Made by a program: the position numbers and the translations under genes. Source: Raja brachyura (lineage: Eukaryota). From it: 64,000 nucleotides of DNA. Numbering within the stretch: the stretch's first letter is position 1; every line of letters begins with the position of its first letter. Under the pieces are notes generated by a model, which saw only the letters and a program-made list of their open reading frames with translations, searched no databases and had not been told where the DNA came from. Where the stretch lies: the NCBI GenBank assembly GCA_963514005.1, contig OY740812.1, forward strand, positions 10,354,001-10,418,000, written 5' to 3'. Positions 29,930 through 43,137 of this stretch are shown piece after piece.

Positions 29930-31490
29930 AATAGGAGAACACACCAACCTCAAGAGGGCATTACCGAAATACTGTCAACATGTCTCCTGTCCACCAGAGG
30001 CCCAATCACCTTTGACCACTGCTACACAACAAACAAAGATTTCTACAACTCCGATGATAGACACAAAAAGCTGGAGTAACTCAGCGGGTCAGGCAGTATC
30101 TCTGGAGAGATCTTCTCTCTGGAGATGCTGCTTGTCCCCCTGAGTTACTCCAGCTTTTTGTGTCTACCATCGGTTTAAACCAGGATCTGCAGTTCCTTCC
30201 TACATGTCTACAGCTCCATTCCCTGCAAGCATCTTTAACCTCTTCCTACTCTATTCTGAAGTTCCATCTATGTTAAGATTATTATCATTCCGTGCCCAAG
30301 AAAAGCAAGGTATTGTGTTGTAATGACTATTGTCCAGTAGCTCAAGAAGTGCTTCAAGAGGTTGAAAATTACACACATCAACTCCTGCTTCTCAGAAAGC
30401 CTTGATCCACTGCAATTTGCCTACTGCCACAACCGTTCCATCACAGACACCACCTCATTGCCCTACAGTGATTCCTGGAACATCTGGATGACAAGCACAC
30501 CTACGTCAGACTCCTATTTGCGGATGATACAAAACTGGGAGGCAGTTTGAACTGCGAGGAGGATGCTATGAGGATGCAGGATGGCTTGGATAGAATGGGT
30601 GAGTAGGCAGATGCATGGCAGATGCAGTATAATGTGGATAAATGTGAGGTTATCCACTTTGGTGGCAAGAACAAGAAGGGAGATTATTATCTGAATTGTG
30701 TCAGATTAGGAAAACGGGAGGTGCAGCGAGACCTAGGTGTCCTTGTACATCAGTCACTGAAAGTAAGCATGCAGGTATAGCAGGCAGTGAAGAAAGCAAA
30801 TGGCATGTTGGCCTTCATAGCTAGAGGATTTGAGTATCGGAGCAAGGAGGTCCTCCTGCAGTTGTATAGGGCCCTGGTGAGACCACACCTGAAGTATTGT
30901 GTGCAGTTTTGGTCTCCCAGTTTGAGGAACAACATTATTGAGGGAGTGCAGCATAGGTTTACTAGGTTAATTCCCGGGATGGCGGGACTGACCTACGATG
31001 AAAGAATAGACCGATAATGGGCTTATATTCACTGGAATTTAGAAGGATGAGTGGGTATTTTATAAAAACATATAAAATTATTAAGGGATTGGACAGGCTA
31101 GATGCATGAAATATGTTCCAGATGTTGGTGGAGTCCAGAAACAGGGGTCATTTATGACTGAGATGAGGAAAAAGTTTTTCACCCAGAGAGTTGTGAATGA
31201 ACTGGTGGAAAGTTGTGCCACAGAAGGCAGTGGAGGCCAATTCACTGGAGGTATTCAATAGAGAGCTGGATATAGCTCTTAGGGCTAACAGAATCAAGGG
31301 ATATGGGTGAAAGCAGGAAAGGGGGACTGATCATATTGAATATGGCTCAAAGGACCGAATGGCCTGTCCCTGCACCTATTTTCTATTTATTGACTATAGG
31401 TATTGGTTATATTTATTGCCCATTGCCTTCCACTACATAATACCAACCAAACTTACCTCCACACAACTTGACCTAAGACTCAGCACTAAT
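29930..31490 (+). mobile_element. Rex1/Babar-like LINE remnant interrupted by a Penelope fold-back (30053..30207) and a CR1 (30517..31387)
   Basis: NLKRALPKYCQHVSC, TRGPITFDHCY, LDPLQFAY and YVRLLF|...|IDY motifs flank the insertions. Confidence 0.7.
30517..31387 (+). mobile_element. CR1 LINE, 5'-truncated (from FADDTK to the 3' tail)
   Basis: FADDTKLGG...KKANGMLAFIARGFEYRSKEVLLQLYRALVRPHLKYCVQFWSP and a CR1 3' end. Confidence 0.9.
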
Positions 31491-32806
31491 TTGGAGGAAG
31501 TTATGCTACTTCAGGACTGAAGGCTGAAAATGCAGTTCCACAAGACAGATGGTGAAGAGAGTGTAGGAACATGCTGGAAACCCTCAGCAGATCAAAATAA
31601 ATGAAAGAAAGGCAGAATGTTGCGGACTGAAGATCCTTCAGCAGAACAGATGCTGTTTATTACGGTGCCATCAAGCAGGAATGAGATGTTCCTGGGAGTC
31701 AGTAGTGTACCTGTGGAATTCTAAAACATGCTTCCATTGGCTTGTTATCTCGCCAGACAGTAAGAATGCAGGAGCGTCAGGAGTTGGTGTTATTGAAGAT
31801 CTGGAGGTATACAATTCCTAAGATGGGCCCAGTCATGGCATATGTGGTGAAGGAAAGGATCCGATTGTGATCGTGGGAGGAATCTGAGTCCTTTTTCTGG
31901 AGAAAGATCCAACCTCTGATCCCAAAATGTACAATTCCCGATTGTAGTTCATACATACTTATGTGGTGGAGTCTAGTTGAAACCGAGGAGAGATGGGAGA
32001 ATGGGAATCCAGGATTATTGTCTTTAGAGTGGAGGAAATAGGATTCAGTGGAGGCACTTAAAGTTATTAAGGACTTTGATAGAGTAAATAAGCTAAAGCT
32101 GTTACCCATGGCAGGAGAATTTGCCAGCATCATAGGACATGGATTTCAAACTGTTAGTGCAAGGACCAGAAGTGAGGAGAAATATTTTATGCAGTGTTGT
32201 GTTCTGGAATAATTTGCTGATAGAGCATTGGAAGCAAATTTAATCAGGTTCAGTTTCAAATTTGTCAGATAGGACGCCAAAAATGTGTTTGCATGAAGCT
32301 CATATAAACAGTACTTCAAAAGGGAATTAGATAAATATCAGAAAAAGAAAACTTTTCCTGGCTTTTGTGGAAAGATCAGGGGGTGTGGAATCAATAGTAT
32401 ACTTCATTCAAGGAGCCAACATATCCATTAATTGTGAATTGTCACCTGAGACTTATGATTCTATGAACAACACGAAGCAGTTGATACCTAAGGAATTGGG
32501 AAATTCTTGCAAAATACTCTAACCATATCTGCTTAAATCTGCAGAGCTTCTCCTCACTGCCGTGGGAAATTGGCTGTTACTTCTGTTCATTGTTTCTCCA
32601 TTTGTTCGCAGGACATGTCACTGAAAGGTGAGTGTATATGACAGGTATATTTCTAAACAAATCATAAATCATGAGCCCCTTCCATTTTATAGAGAACCTG
32701 TAATTCATTTTCCTCTTTTTTCCTATATGATTAAGTAGCAATGAGAAGTTATCAAACATTCACAACAGGCAAACATATACCTTTCACTTTTTCCAAATTA
32801 ATGTGT

Positions 32807-33755
32807 TGTGGCGGCACCTGGTGGTAGGCCACGGCCAGAGCGAACCCTCGGTTCTGGAGTGAGTAGTTAGGTTGTCTTGGTGTGGGAGGTGCAGGTCACG
32901 CGGTTGATCCTTGGGGGTATTTAAGGTCAGGCAACGCCCATGGCCATTTGAGGAGTAGGGAGCAGCACTGTTGATTGTTAACAATAAATACCGTTTGTTC
33001 AAGCAACTTTGTGTCCCGCCTGGTTCTTGGCTGGACTCCTGCGAGTCCTCGCTATATTGGTGACCCCGACATGATCTGGGTTGGTGTGCTTGCGGGAGTG
33101 GGTCGGCGCCCTGTCTCCCGTCCCAGGGTGGCCCCACCCCATGTGCCACCAGCGCTGGTGGACTGTCCGTATGTCTTTCTGCGCCGTGACGCCCACAGAT
33201 CGCCCGTGCAGTGCCCTTATGAAGGTCCTTTTCGGGTGCTGCAGCACGAGCCCACGACATTCACCTAGGACATGGGGAGCCGGCAAGAAACTGTATCTGT
33301 GGCTCGTTTAAAGCCGGCCTATTTGGACCTGAGCGAGCCAGTACATGTGGCTCAACCTCCCCGTCACAGGCGTTCGTGTCCCGGGTTCCCTTGAATTATT
33401 CCGGAACGTGCAAGTCCCCTGTGCGTGGGGACGTATCTACGCGACCTGGCTGCCTTGTTCAGCGTCCCATCCATTTCAGTGCCTCTGGTTCTGGGGAGGG
33501 GGGTACTGTGGCGGAACCTGGTGATAAGCCATGGGCAGAGCGAACCCTCAGCTCTGGAGGGAGGAGTTAGGTGTCTCGGTGTGGGAGGCGCAGGTCACGA
33601 GGTTGATCCTTGGGGGTATTTAAGGTCGGGCAATGCCCGTGCCCATTTGAGGAGTAGGGAAAAGCGCTGTTGATAGTTAACAAAAAATACCATTCGTTCA
33701 AGCGACTTAGTGTCCCGCCTGATTCTTGGCTGGACTCCTGCGAGTCTCCACTATA
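32807..33755 (+). mobile_element. Internally deleted Gypsy LTR retrotransposon (TRIM-like, 949 bp)
   Basis: LTRs 32807..33056 and 33507..33755 (TG...TA), 4-bp TSD GTGT, PBS TGGTGACCCCGACATGAT and PPT GGGGAGGGGGG. Integrase C-terminal GPY/F remnant YVFLRRDAHRSPVQCPYEGPFRVL. Confidence 0.93.
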
Positions 33756-34329
33756 GTGTGTTTTTATCTGGGGCTGGGATGCTTTGAGCACCCTTTGGCA
33801 TTGTTCTGGTTTGCACAGACTGGTAATTGGTGCAATACCATAGTTCATGTCCCCAATTACCAGTTTCTTCAAAATAGGACACTGGCAAGATAGAATTGCC
33901 ACATCAAATTGAAGGAATCTTTTTTCATCCTCAAAAGGATTTGAAAGTCAGATATATGTCCAATTACGTCCTGGTTAAAATTCCAGCACCGCTGCTTGAA
34001 CAATGTGGTTTAATTATAACCTGCTGTAAGGATTACCCACTGCAAAATTACATTTCCATTTCCCAAATCACTTGCCTTTGTAATGCCTGAAAATGGTGAT
34101 CTGTAATTAGTACTAAATTATAGTCAGAACTGTCCACTCACGTCACTGGAGTCGATGGTGGATTCCTCTTTGAACTTAGTTCTCTTAAGACTATTAACAG
34201 CTGGTTGGGGAGTGGATGCTTGTATTGTTTCAATGCCATGCATTCAAATATATACTGCAGAAATGAAAGGCAAGTATTCTTTGTCCACGATGTGAACATT
34301 CAATGTATAAAATGTAACTGCTTGCATGC

Positions 34330-34343
34330 CCAGCAGATGGCAC
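34330..34343 (+). promoter_or_regulatory. CTCF-consensus motif
   Basis: CCAGCAGATGGCAC matches CCASYAGRKGGCRS at all positions. Occupancy unknown. Confidence 0.5.
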
Positions 34344-34705
34344 CTAATCATGGAGGTCTTTTGCATGGTATGCCTAGCATACTAATATGAACAAAGGCAA
34401 TCTCTCTTTAATAATATCATACCCATTTTGACATTCTCCATGCAAATCCAGTTTGCTTTTCAAAATCTGCATTGTTCAAATTAATGTTGTTGAGGGCAGG
34501 GTACGCCAAATTGTCCGAAGATTTGAAAATGTTGAAAGTATCAAATAATATCCAAAAATGCTAGAAAACCAGTGAGTCGGACAGTATCTTTGGAAAGAGA
34601 AAAAGTCAATGTTTCATGTCTGGGACTCTTCATCAGAATTGAGAAGGGAACAAGTTAGCAAAGAAGGTGGGAATGGGTGATGGGTAGAAAAAAAGTGATT
34701 TATCA

Positions 34706-35110
34706 TAAGGTCATAAGACATTAGAGCAGAATTAGGCAATTTGGCCCATCGCGTCTGCTCTGTCATTCAATCATAGCTGATCTATTTTTCTCTTTTAACC
34801 CCATTCTCCTGCCTTCTCCCCATAATCTTTGACATCCTTATTAATCAAGAACCTATCAATGTGCTTTAATTATAAAGCACATCGACGCTTTAAAAATACG
34901 CAATGACTTGGCCTCCACCGCTGTCAGTGGCAATGAATTCCAAAGATTCACCACTCCCTAGCTAAAGAATTCCCCCCTCATCTCCATTCTAAAAGACGCT
35001 TCCTTTTATTCTGAGGTTATCCCCTCTGGTCTTAGTCTCTACAACTGGAAACATCCCCTCCACATCCACTCTATCTCTGCCTTTCATTATTTGGTAGGTT
35101 TCAATGAGAT
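34706..35110 (-). mobile_element. CR1 3' fragment
   Basis: CATAAGGTCATAAG tail and GCAGAATTAGGC...CCCATTCTCCTGCCTTCTCCCCATAA. Confidence 0.75.
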
Positions 35111-36629
35111 CTCCTGATAGGATGAATAAAAGGAGCACTGATGATAAGATTGAGCTTGCATTTCGGCAATACCTTCAATGGAATAAAATTTTACAAGATT
35201 CTTGTGGCCTCAGGGTTCACTTGCCAATTTCCTTTTTGTACTTCTCTGAATATGACTAGATTGGACACAATGTCATTAAGAAGATTTTGGAGAACTAGAG
35301 TTACCCAAGGAATGGTACTTATAAAAGAGGCAATGTTGTCAGGAGATATGGCACAGTACAAAAGGAATATACATTGGAAAACACATCTTGGAAACCTGAG
35401 GATAAAAATGCAACAGAGTATGACCTTTGAGGATGGGTTCAGATGCGGAGTCTTGTTCATGTGTTTGATATTTGACATGCTGAAGTATTGCAGTGACCTC
35501 AGGCAAGAACTAAATATGAGTGTCTCAGGAACTCAGATCTTTCATGTGTAACTTGTAGATGATGAACCCCAGGCTTCAATGTTGCAGTCCTGTGATGGCT
35601 TGATTGCTAACTTACTTGATCAATCATTGTTTAATTACTTGACCTTTTCATAAGAACATAAGAAACTGGAACAGGAAGATCCATGTGACTCGTTGAACCA
35701 ACTCTGCCGTTGATCATGATCATGTTGATCTTCTATCTCAGTGCCATTTTTTAATGCTATCACACAATTCCTTGATTTCCTTGATGATCCTTAAGTTGCT
35801 GATTTCATTTGTTATTAATAGTTAGATGGGGTGGAAGATTACAACCTTCACGTGGTCCGCCCTGTTTCGACTAATGCAATCAATTCGATGTGCACAAACG
35901 GAAGATCAAATAGGACAAGTTGTCCTACACCTTTAGGCTGTGCACGCCACATGTTAGATACCCATGGTTTTTTTGCATTGACCTGTCTTTGTTATGTATC
36001 AGGTTGGTGGCTGGAGCTGCTACATTCAATTCAATTCAACTTTAATGGCATTGCACAGATACAAGTATGGGTACAACAAAATGCAGTTTAGCATCAGTTC
36101 ATAGTGATAGCAATATAGAAAATAAATACAGAATGCAGACAATGTGGACGGAGAGACTGGAGAAATCTATCGGCGGGACTCCGAGTTCAGCAGTGTGATG
36201 GTGTTACATCTCTTACTATGGAGAGACATCACAGTCTGATTCTGTTCATCATTTTCAAACAGAACTTCAAACACATTTATGTTCATTGTGAGCCTGAAAA
36301 TTGCAGCTACAAAACAAGATTGATGAATAGCTAACACCATTCAATGTTAGCTCCAGCTTAGTGCATTACACATCTGGATTGCAAGGATTTGCATACATTT
36401 GTGTCTGCAGAGAAGTGCACATTCCAAGCAATATACCACTGAAGAGTACTTGACTGATGTTGGCTAACCAGAATTTGGCTAATTGAAATATGGTTATTTT
36501 TGAGACCTGCATATTCTCATGGTTAGAACATTTCATACCCATGTGGAAGAGTTCATCTGGCTAGCAACTAAATTAATTAGTGGCCATCTATGCTTTCTAC
36601 ATGATCAAATACTGCCATGCTTCTCAGGA

Positions 36630-36920
36630 CACAGAAGAGACCATTTGGCCCACTGATTCTTTGCAGGCTCTTAGTATATTCCCATCAGACTCATTCCCTC
36701 AATTATTTTCTGATAACCTTTTCTCTTCCACATGCCTTATAACTCCCCACCACATCTCCTGTCACTAGACACAAAATGTGGTGGTCATTTAACCTAGCTA
36801 CGTGGGAGAGAATTCGACCATGTTGAGGAAACCTCACGAAGTGTGTGCAAACTCCTCATAAATAGCTCCATAAGTCAGGATCAAAATTACATTGCTGGAG
36901 GTGTGAGGCAGCAGAACTAA
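36630..36920 (-). mobile_element. Decayed HE1/V-SINE
   Basis: Reverse V-domain (gtgtgcaaactcc...gtcaggatcaaa...gctggaggtgtgaggcagca). Confidence 0.5.
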
Positions 36921-39900
36921 TCACTGCACTTCCATGCCTCAATTCAAAGCATTCCAGACAAGATTTCACTAGGAGTTTACTATCTACAGATAAAGTTTAT
37001 GTGCAGCCTGCATTGAAAAATATATATACTTTAACAGTGGGTATTTTAAATGGCATTTAGCAAGCCTTTTGCAAAGCAATGGCACTTCAAATATATCCTG
37101 ATGATGAATTTGAAATAGCTGTCATTGCAATCACGCAAATGGAGAAATTGGTAAAAGAGAAACAGTTGCATACCAGATGATAATGAGAAGTTTCTAATCT
37201 GCTTCAGACATCCTTTAGAATGTTGCATTGCCGAGCTATCTTGTATTCAGAATTTGTTCTGCTTTGCCTGATATTTAATCACAGTAACAGCCTCAATCCA
37301 AATTGACTCTGGGGATGAAGGGGTTGCCAATAACAATAAAGACTGAGTGAAATGGAGTTTAAAAGAATGAGAAATGATCCAAGTGGAACATAGGTATTTA
37401 AGTGGGTACATGTTATAAGGAAAGTTCCCGTAGTAGATTATCTAGAATTAGTCTCATGATAAAGTCAAACTAATTTCAGTGGAATGTGAAAAAAAATCTC
37501 CTCGTCTCAGTATCCTGGATACTGAGTCTTAGTACATCTCAGATTGAGATGATAGAGATGATAGAATCTGAAGAAGGGTCTCGACCCCAAACGTCAACCA
37601 TTCCTTCTCTCCAGAGCCTGGCCCGCTGAGTTACTCCAGCTTTCTGGGTCTATCTTCGAAATTATAGACTTTTTAAATACAGAGGAACAAGATATTTTAT
37701 GAAACTGGCAGGTAGGTGGAGTTAAGGCCACAATCACATCCGCCATGATTTTATTAAATTATGCACTAGGCTTAAGGGCCCATATGACCAAACCCTCCAA
37801 CTATTCATTACATTGCGATATAAATTTCTCTTGTGCCTGCGTCTCTGATCTATCTAGCATGGACTGAACAATGCTTTACATTATGATATGAAGGGTATCA
37901 TTAAATTGTGTTATGTGCATAAAGTCAGCCACATATCAGTTGTCAGAAACAGAAGAAATAATAATAGATGCTGTGTCCAACCCCTTCTGTGGTCTGTCGT
38001 GTTTGGTTTATAAATTCCTCTTTTCCATCTATTTTTAAATGGCAACAACTGACCTCCTGCACTGCAGGTTCCATTCCAGCCCCCAGGCATATATCACATA
38101 GCTTCTTGTCTAAAACCTGATTAACTGCTCAGGTGTCTTTTCTCCCAAACATTGTTTATTGAAGATGGAAGTAAGACCTTCTTTAGGGTAACAAGACCCT
38201 GTTACTCCTCCTCCATTCTGGAATTTGGGTCTGTGAACTGAAATAACTACCCTTTCTCTCCAAAGATAATATTCTCAGGAGACACCTCACAATGGGAAAC
38301 ATGAGTAGGATTATCATTTTAACAATAATGGTAGGTGGTTCATTAGTTGTCAGAGGCATGCCGATCAATTTGTCAACATTCTTGACAATAAGAATAATTA
38401 GTTCCCTAACACGTTAAATTATGAGTGCGCTTTGGAAGATAAACAGCTACCTCGAATACTAAATTTGTTTCGTTCACCACAGGTGCTGCCTGAGTTGCTG
38501 TTTTTATTTTAGGATTTTAATATCTGCATAATTTTCCATTTGATTTTACTTTTTCCAAGTTGTCTCTTGCTTCCTTTCATTGCATCCAGCTGGTTTCCTG
38601 CACATTTAACCTTCTCATATTTGCTGATTTAGGGGATAGCTCTCTCAAAGCTCTGAGCACAGATTTGCTTGCTTCAGACCTTACTTTGGACTTCGAACAA
38701 CCAGGAACTCTCTGGGCTGGATGGAAGGAGTATATAGATTGGTTTCAAGCTCTGGCCCTGGCATACTTCTGGGGGAGATGAGGGACGGTTGAATATTTAA
38801 TTTTGGAACCTTCATTATCTGTAGCCTATTCTATGCACTTTTCCAGCAATGATTGGCTTAGTATAAATGCAAATTGTCCTCAGTGTGCATAGATCGTGTT
38901 AATCTCCAAGGATCACTATTCGGTGCGGACTCAGTGGGTCGAAGGGCTTGTTTCTGCAGTATTTGTCTTATCTAAAAACTAAGCTAATAATCGTGGGCAT
39001 GGTTGTTTTCTTTTGCCCTTTTGGTCCACAACATTTAGATTAGCAGTAGATCTCCCATATGACTGATACTAGCTAGCCTTGGATTGATCAGAGATAAAAC
39101 TGATTTTCTTGAATTGGGGTTTTACACTAAAAGTAATTTGTTGATGGACTCAGCAAGTAAGCCACAACTGACTTTTCCATGTGGAATTTGAGCTTGTATT
39201 TAGGATGATACACAATATCTGAACAGGAAAGGATGAACAACCTGAAACAGGCAAATTTGCATCCTTTGTTTTCGATGACATCTCCAGGACTTCAAACTTC
39301 AATCAATAAAAATAAATTACCTGAAACTGTTAAAGGCAGTTAAAGTCTGAAGAAGGGTCTCCAGAGATGCTGCCTGTCCTGCTGAGTTACTCAAGCATTT
39401 TGTGCCTATCTTCGGTTTAAACCATCATCTGCAGTTCCTTTTTACACACTAACATCCTGGTGAATCTCTGCTGCACCCTTTCCAACCAGGAAGCAGCGAA
39501 GCAGTAGAGATTTCCAAGTTGACTCGTGTGTAATTAACTCATTGATTTATTCAATCCTCTTCTGATTTTTTTTCATTTGTGTTATCAGCAGAAAGGTCAA
39601 CTTCATAGTTAGTTACAACAGGAAGTCATATGAAAGAACTTTGTAAACTTATGTACAGGGTTTGGTATGGCAGTCAGTACAAACCAAGAACCATTCAGCA
39701 GTAAAATAAAAAATGTTTATTGATTTCACAGGATTAGCAAACCAGTGTGCTGTAAACATGGATATCAGCTTGACCACATTCAGCAAAAAAATTAAAGGGC
39801 TCAAATCGCAGATGTCAATGAATCATTGGTGTTTCATTTAGCTTCCATTCTTGCAGTTGAGTTGATTAAAAAGTGGGATAGATCCACTCTACACAACTGC

Positions 39901-40403
39901 AATCCATTGCAGAAAGCTTTTAATTCCAGTAGAATATTTCTGCAGCAGCAATTTGATTCGATGACTTTTTAAGGACATGTGCTACAAAGTGGAAGGGGGA
40001 GAACAGATTTGCATTGCTGCTGTGAAGCTCCAAAACTAGCTGATCTTGGGGCTTAGTCCTTTTACGTCAGAGTATAATGGAATACTCTGTAACAACACCT
40101 AAGAAACTCAGCATCATCCAGGATGAAGACTACTTGATTGACAACCCATGCACTATCCAAAGCATTCAGTCACTCCATTGTCACTGCACAATGAACATCG
40201 TGTACACAATCTACAAAGTGCACTGCAGCTGCTTGCCTAGGCTACTCCAAGAGCATTTAGCAAATCTCAAACTCCACCATACATCCTGACATGGAAATGT
40301 ATCACCATTCCTTTAAACTCACCGGTTCTAACTCTTGAAACTCCCTATCCACAATGTGAGAGTATTTTCAATTCAGAAGAACATAGGACATTCCTAAAGA
40401 TGT

Positions 40404-40592
40404 ATAAGAAGGATCTGTAGATACTGGTTTACACTGAAGATAGACATAAAATTCTGGAGTAACTAAATGAGTCCGGCAGCATCCCTGGAGAAAAGGAATA
40501 GGTGACATTTCGGGTCCCGAAACATCACCTATTCTTTTTCTCCAGAGATGATGCCTGGCCCGCTGAGTTACTCAAGCATTTAGTGTCTACAC
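40404..40592. mobile_element. Penelope-derived fold-back element
   Basis: Inverted arms centred on TTTCGGGTCCCGAAA. 12-bp TSD TCCTAAAGATGT. Confidence 0.8.
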
Positions 40593-41111
40593 TCCTAAAG
40601 ATGTTCATCTTTATCTATAGGGCAGTTTGGGATGGGAAATAAATATTGACCTTGCCAATAATTGGCTTATTGAAAAATTAATAAATTCATAAACACAACT
40701 TAACATTATAGGAGAAAGGCAATTGAAACACATACTTTTTTTGGAGGAAGAGATGCTTTGCTGTGACAAGATTTACTCCAGTCTTTGGAGTCTGAAGAGG
40801 TATCACCCACCTGCCAATTTCAGATAATTTAATTGGAAACCTTGATGAATTAGGAGATTGGGAGTGAGATCAAGTACAGTTGTGGCCTGCACAGTGGATA
40901 AAATAATCACAGTCTTTACGAATGTGAGACTGTAACATAGAGGAAAGATATAGAAGTCTTTGGTGTACAGATTAGGGGTGAACATAGATGTATAGAGGCA
41001 TTGAAGTTTGCGTTTATAAATCTGTTAATTTAAAAAATAATTTTTTCTATAGTTTCCGATTGACCACATATGACTATCTCTTCCGCTTTCTTGAAAGCTT
41101 TGATCAATCAA

Positions 41112-42403
41112 TCTATCCATCCATCCATAACTAAAACTCTGATCTTGTGCTCTTCCGGTTTGCGCGGTTTTTCTATTTGCACAAAAATGATACGTGATGG
41201 CGCTACGATTTTTGCTAGGTTACTCACAGTTCTCCTGTGCTGCGAGTGCAACAAGTTCTGTTTCATTCGGTGGTATATTGTAAAAGTTATCGAGGTTTAA
41301 AAATCTTAAAAACCGCGCGTGCGCAGATTCCTTCAGTCAACACCACGCAGATTGGTCTCTTCTCCTGTCACCCAATGCCACGGCCAGGATGGCAACGCCT
41401 CTTTCCTGCCCCACCGGCGGCAGCCTGTCCCGCGTCACTCACAAACTTCTCTCTCCCCTCCTCCCAATAACTTGTCTATCGTCTCCCCCACCACATGCGG
41501 CCGTGGGGGGGAGGGGAGTTAGTGGAGGCCCAGTGGAGGCCCCGGTCTCTCTCTCCCTCATCACTCACCCCCGCCCGCTGCGGCAATGGTGGTCCTGTCT
41601 ACCTGCCCCCCCGGGTCCGTCTCCTCCACCGCCGCCGTTGCGGTAATTCACCCTCACGGCCTTCTCGGAGAACTTCTCCACCAGCTCATCAGCTCACCGT
41701 GACGAACACCGACTCCAGCCCGCCCCCCCCAGGCCCGACGACAACAGCAAGCAGGTGGGCAGGGCGGGGTCGGAGCAAGTGACAGCAGCGGGCGCCAAGG
41801 TAGGGACGGGCCGAGCGGCAGCAGCGGGCGGTCGGACAGGACGGGCCGAGCAGCGGCTGAGCTGGAGTGGGCAGATGGTGGAAGGGAGAGCGAGTCGGGT
41901 TGCAGGGTGGCCAAGCAGTCTGCGCGGAGTTTGAGTAACTAACACACACACAATGCAAACTGGTCCAATCATCAAGTCAACGGGATCTAAACCACAGCTA
42001 ACAATGAATGACCTGTGGAGGAAGGAAGTGCAGATGGAGAGAGGGAAGGAGGTAGTGACTGAGGGTAGGGGAAAAGAGAGGGAGGGAGAGGTGAGGGAGG
42101 GATTGGGGGAGGGGAGGAGGAGAGGAAAAAGAAGACAGAGGGTGAAGAGCAGGGGGAGGGAGTGCTGGGAGATAAGGGGAACTGAGTCGTGCCTGCACAG
42201 TGGGGGGCTACTCGTGAGTGGTACAATATTGCTTTGGGGGATGGATTGCCTAGGGGGAACGGGTGAGTGGTGGAATATTGCGTTGGGGGATGGGTTGCAT
42301 AGGGGGAACGGGTGAGTGGTGGAATATTGCATTGGGGAACGGGTTGCGTTGGGGGACCAGGCCTCCCGTGTGACAGGGACCCAACGTCTCCCACTTAGTC
42401 TAC
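41112..42403 (+). mobile_element. Probable non-autonomous Helitron
   Basis: 5' A|TC(TATC...ATAACTAAAACTCT). 3' GC hairpin remnant GGGACCCAACGTCTCCC followed by ACTTAGTCTAC|T (CTAG-like). No TSD. Internal GC-rich block and short tandem repeats. Confidence 0.6.
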
Positions 42404-42926
42404 TTATTCTTTTAAACATGAGTACACCCCATACATCTTTGTTTGGTGATAACATATGGGATGGACCATCATTGAGAGGCCTGAACCATTGGTTTGGGAA
42501 CTATTTAAATCCTACCTTTGATAAAAATCAGTCTCATGGACTCGGCTCATGAATTTTCAGATTCATGGACTCGGTTGGCTCTTAATTTCCCTGTGAACTG
42601 ACATAGTAAGGCATTCAGTTCAAGGAGTAATGAGGGCTGAGCAACAAATGCTGGTCTTGTAATTGTAAGGTCCAACAGATATATCTTAAAACACACCTCA
42701 CAAATGATAAAGTCCTTGGTACATTTGATGTCCTTTAATTCAATGATGTCTAAATAAATAATTAACATTGAATGCAGACTCCAATCAATCATCCTGATAG
42801 ATTGTTCAATACATTACCCCATTTGAATGCTAAGTGCATGCAGATAACTGTGTGCCCCACTGAAGTGTTATGCTTGTCCTGGTATTCTGGAGGATATGTT
42901 ATGTTGCTGTGTTATGATGAACAATG

Positions 42927-43137
42927 AGATGAGGAGGAATTTCTTTAGTCATAGGGTGGTGAATCCGTGAAATTCTTTGCCACAGAAGGCTGTGGAGGCG
43001 AAGTTAATGGATATTTTAAAGACAGAGATAGATAGATTCTTGATTAGTACGGGTGTCAGGGGTTATGGGGAGAAGTCAGGAGAATGGGGTTAGAAGGGAG
43101 ATATAGGTCAGCCATGATTGAAAAGGCAGAGTAGCCT
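42927..43137 (+). mobile_element. CR1 3' fragment, host of a nested insertion; its tail resumes at 46122..46167
   Basis: ...CAGCCATGATTGAAAAGGCAGAGTAGCCTT | GGGGCAGAATGGCCTCATTCTGCTCCTATCACTTATGACCTTATGA. Confidence 0.75.

Noticed and set aside
41694-42455. 253-aa minus-strand ORF
   Set aside because: Low-complexity P/S/L translation of a repeat interior.
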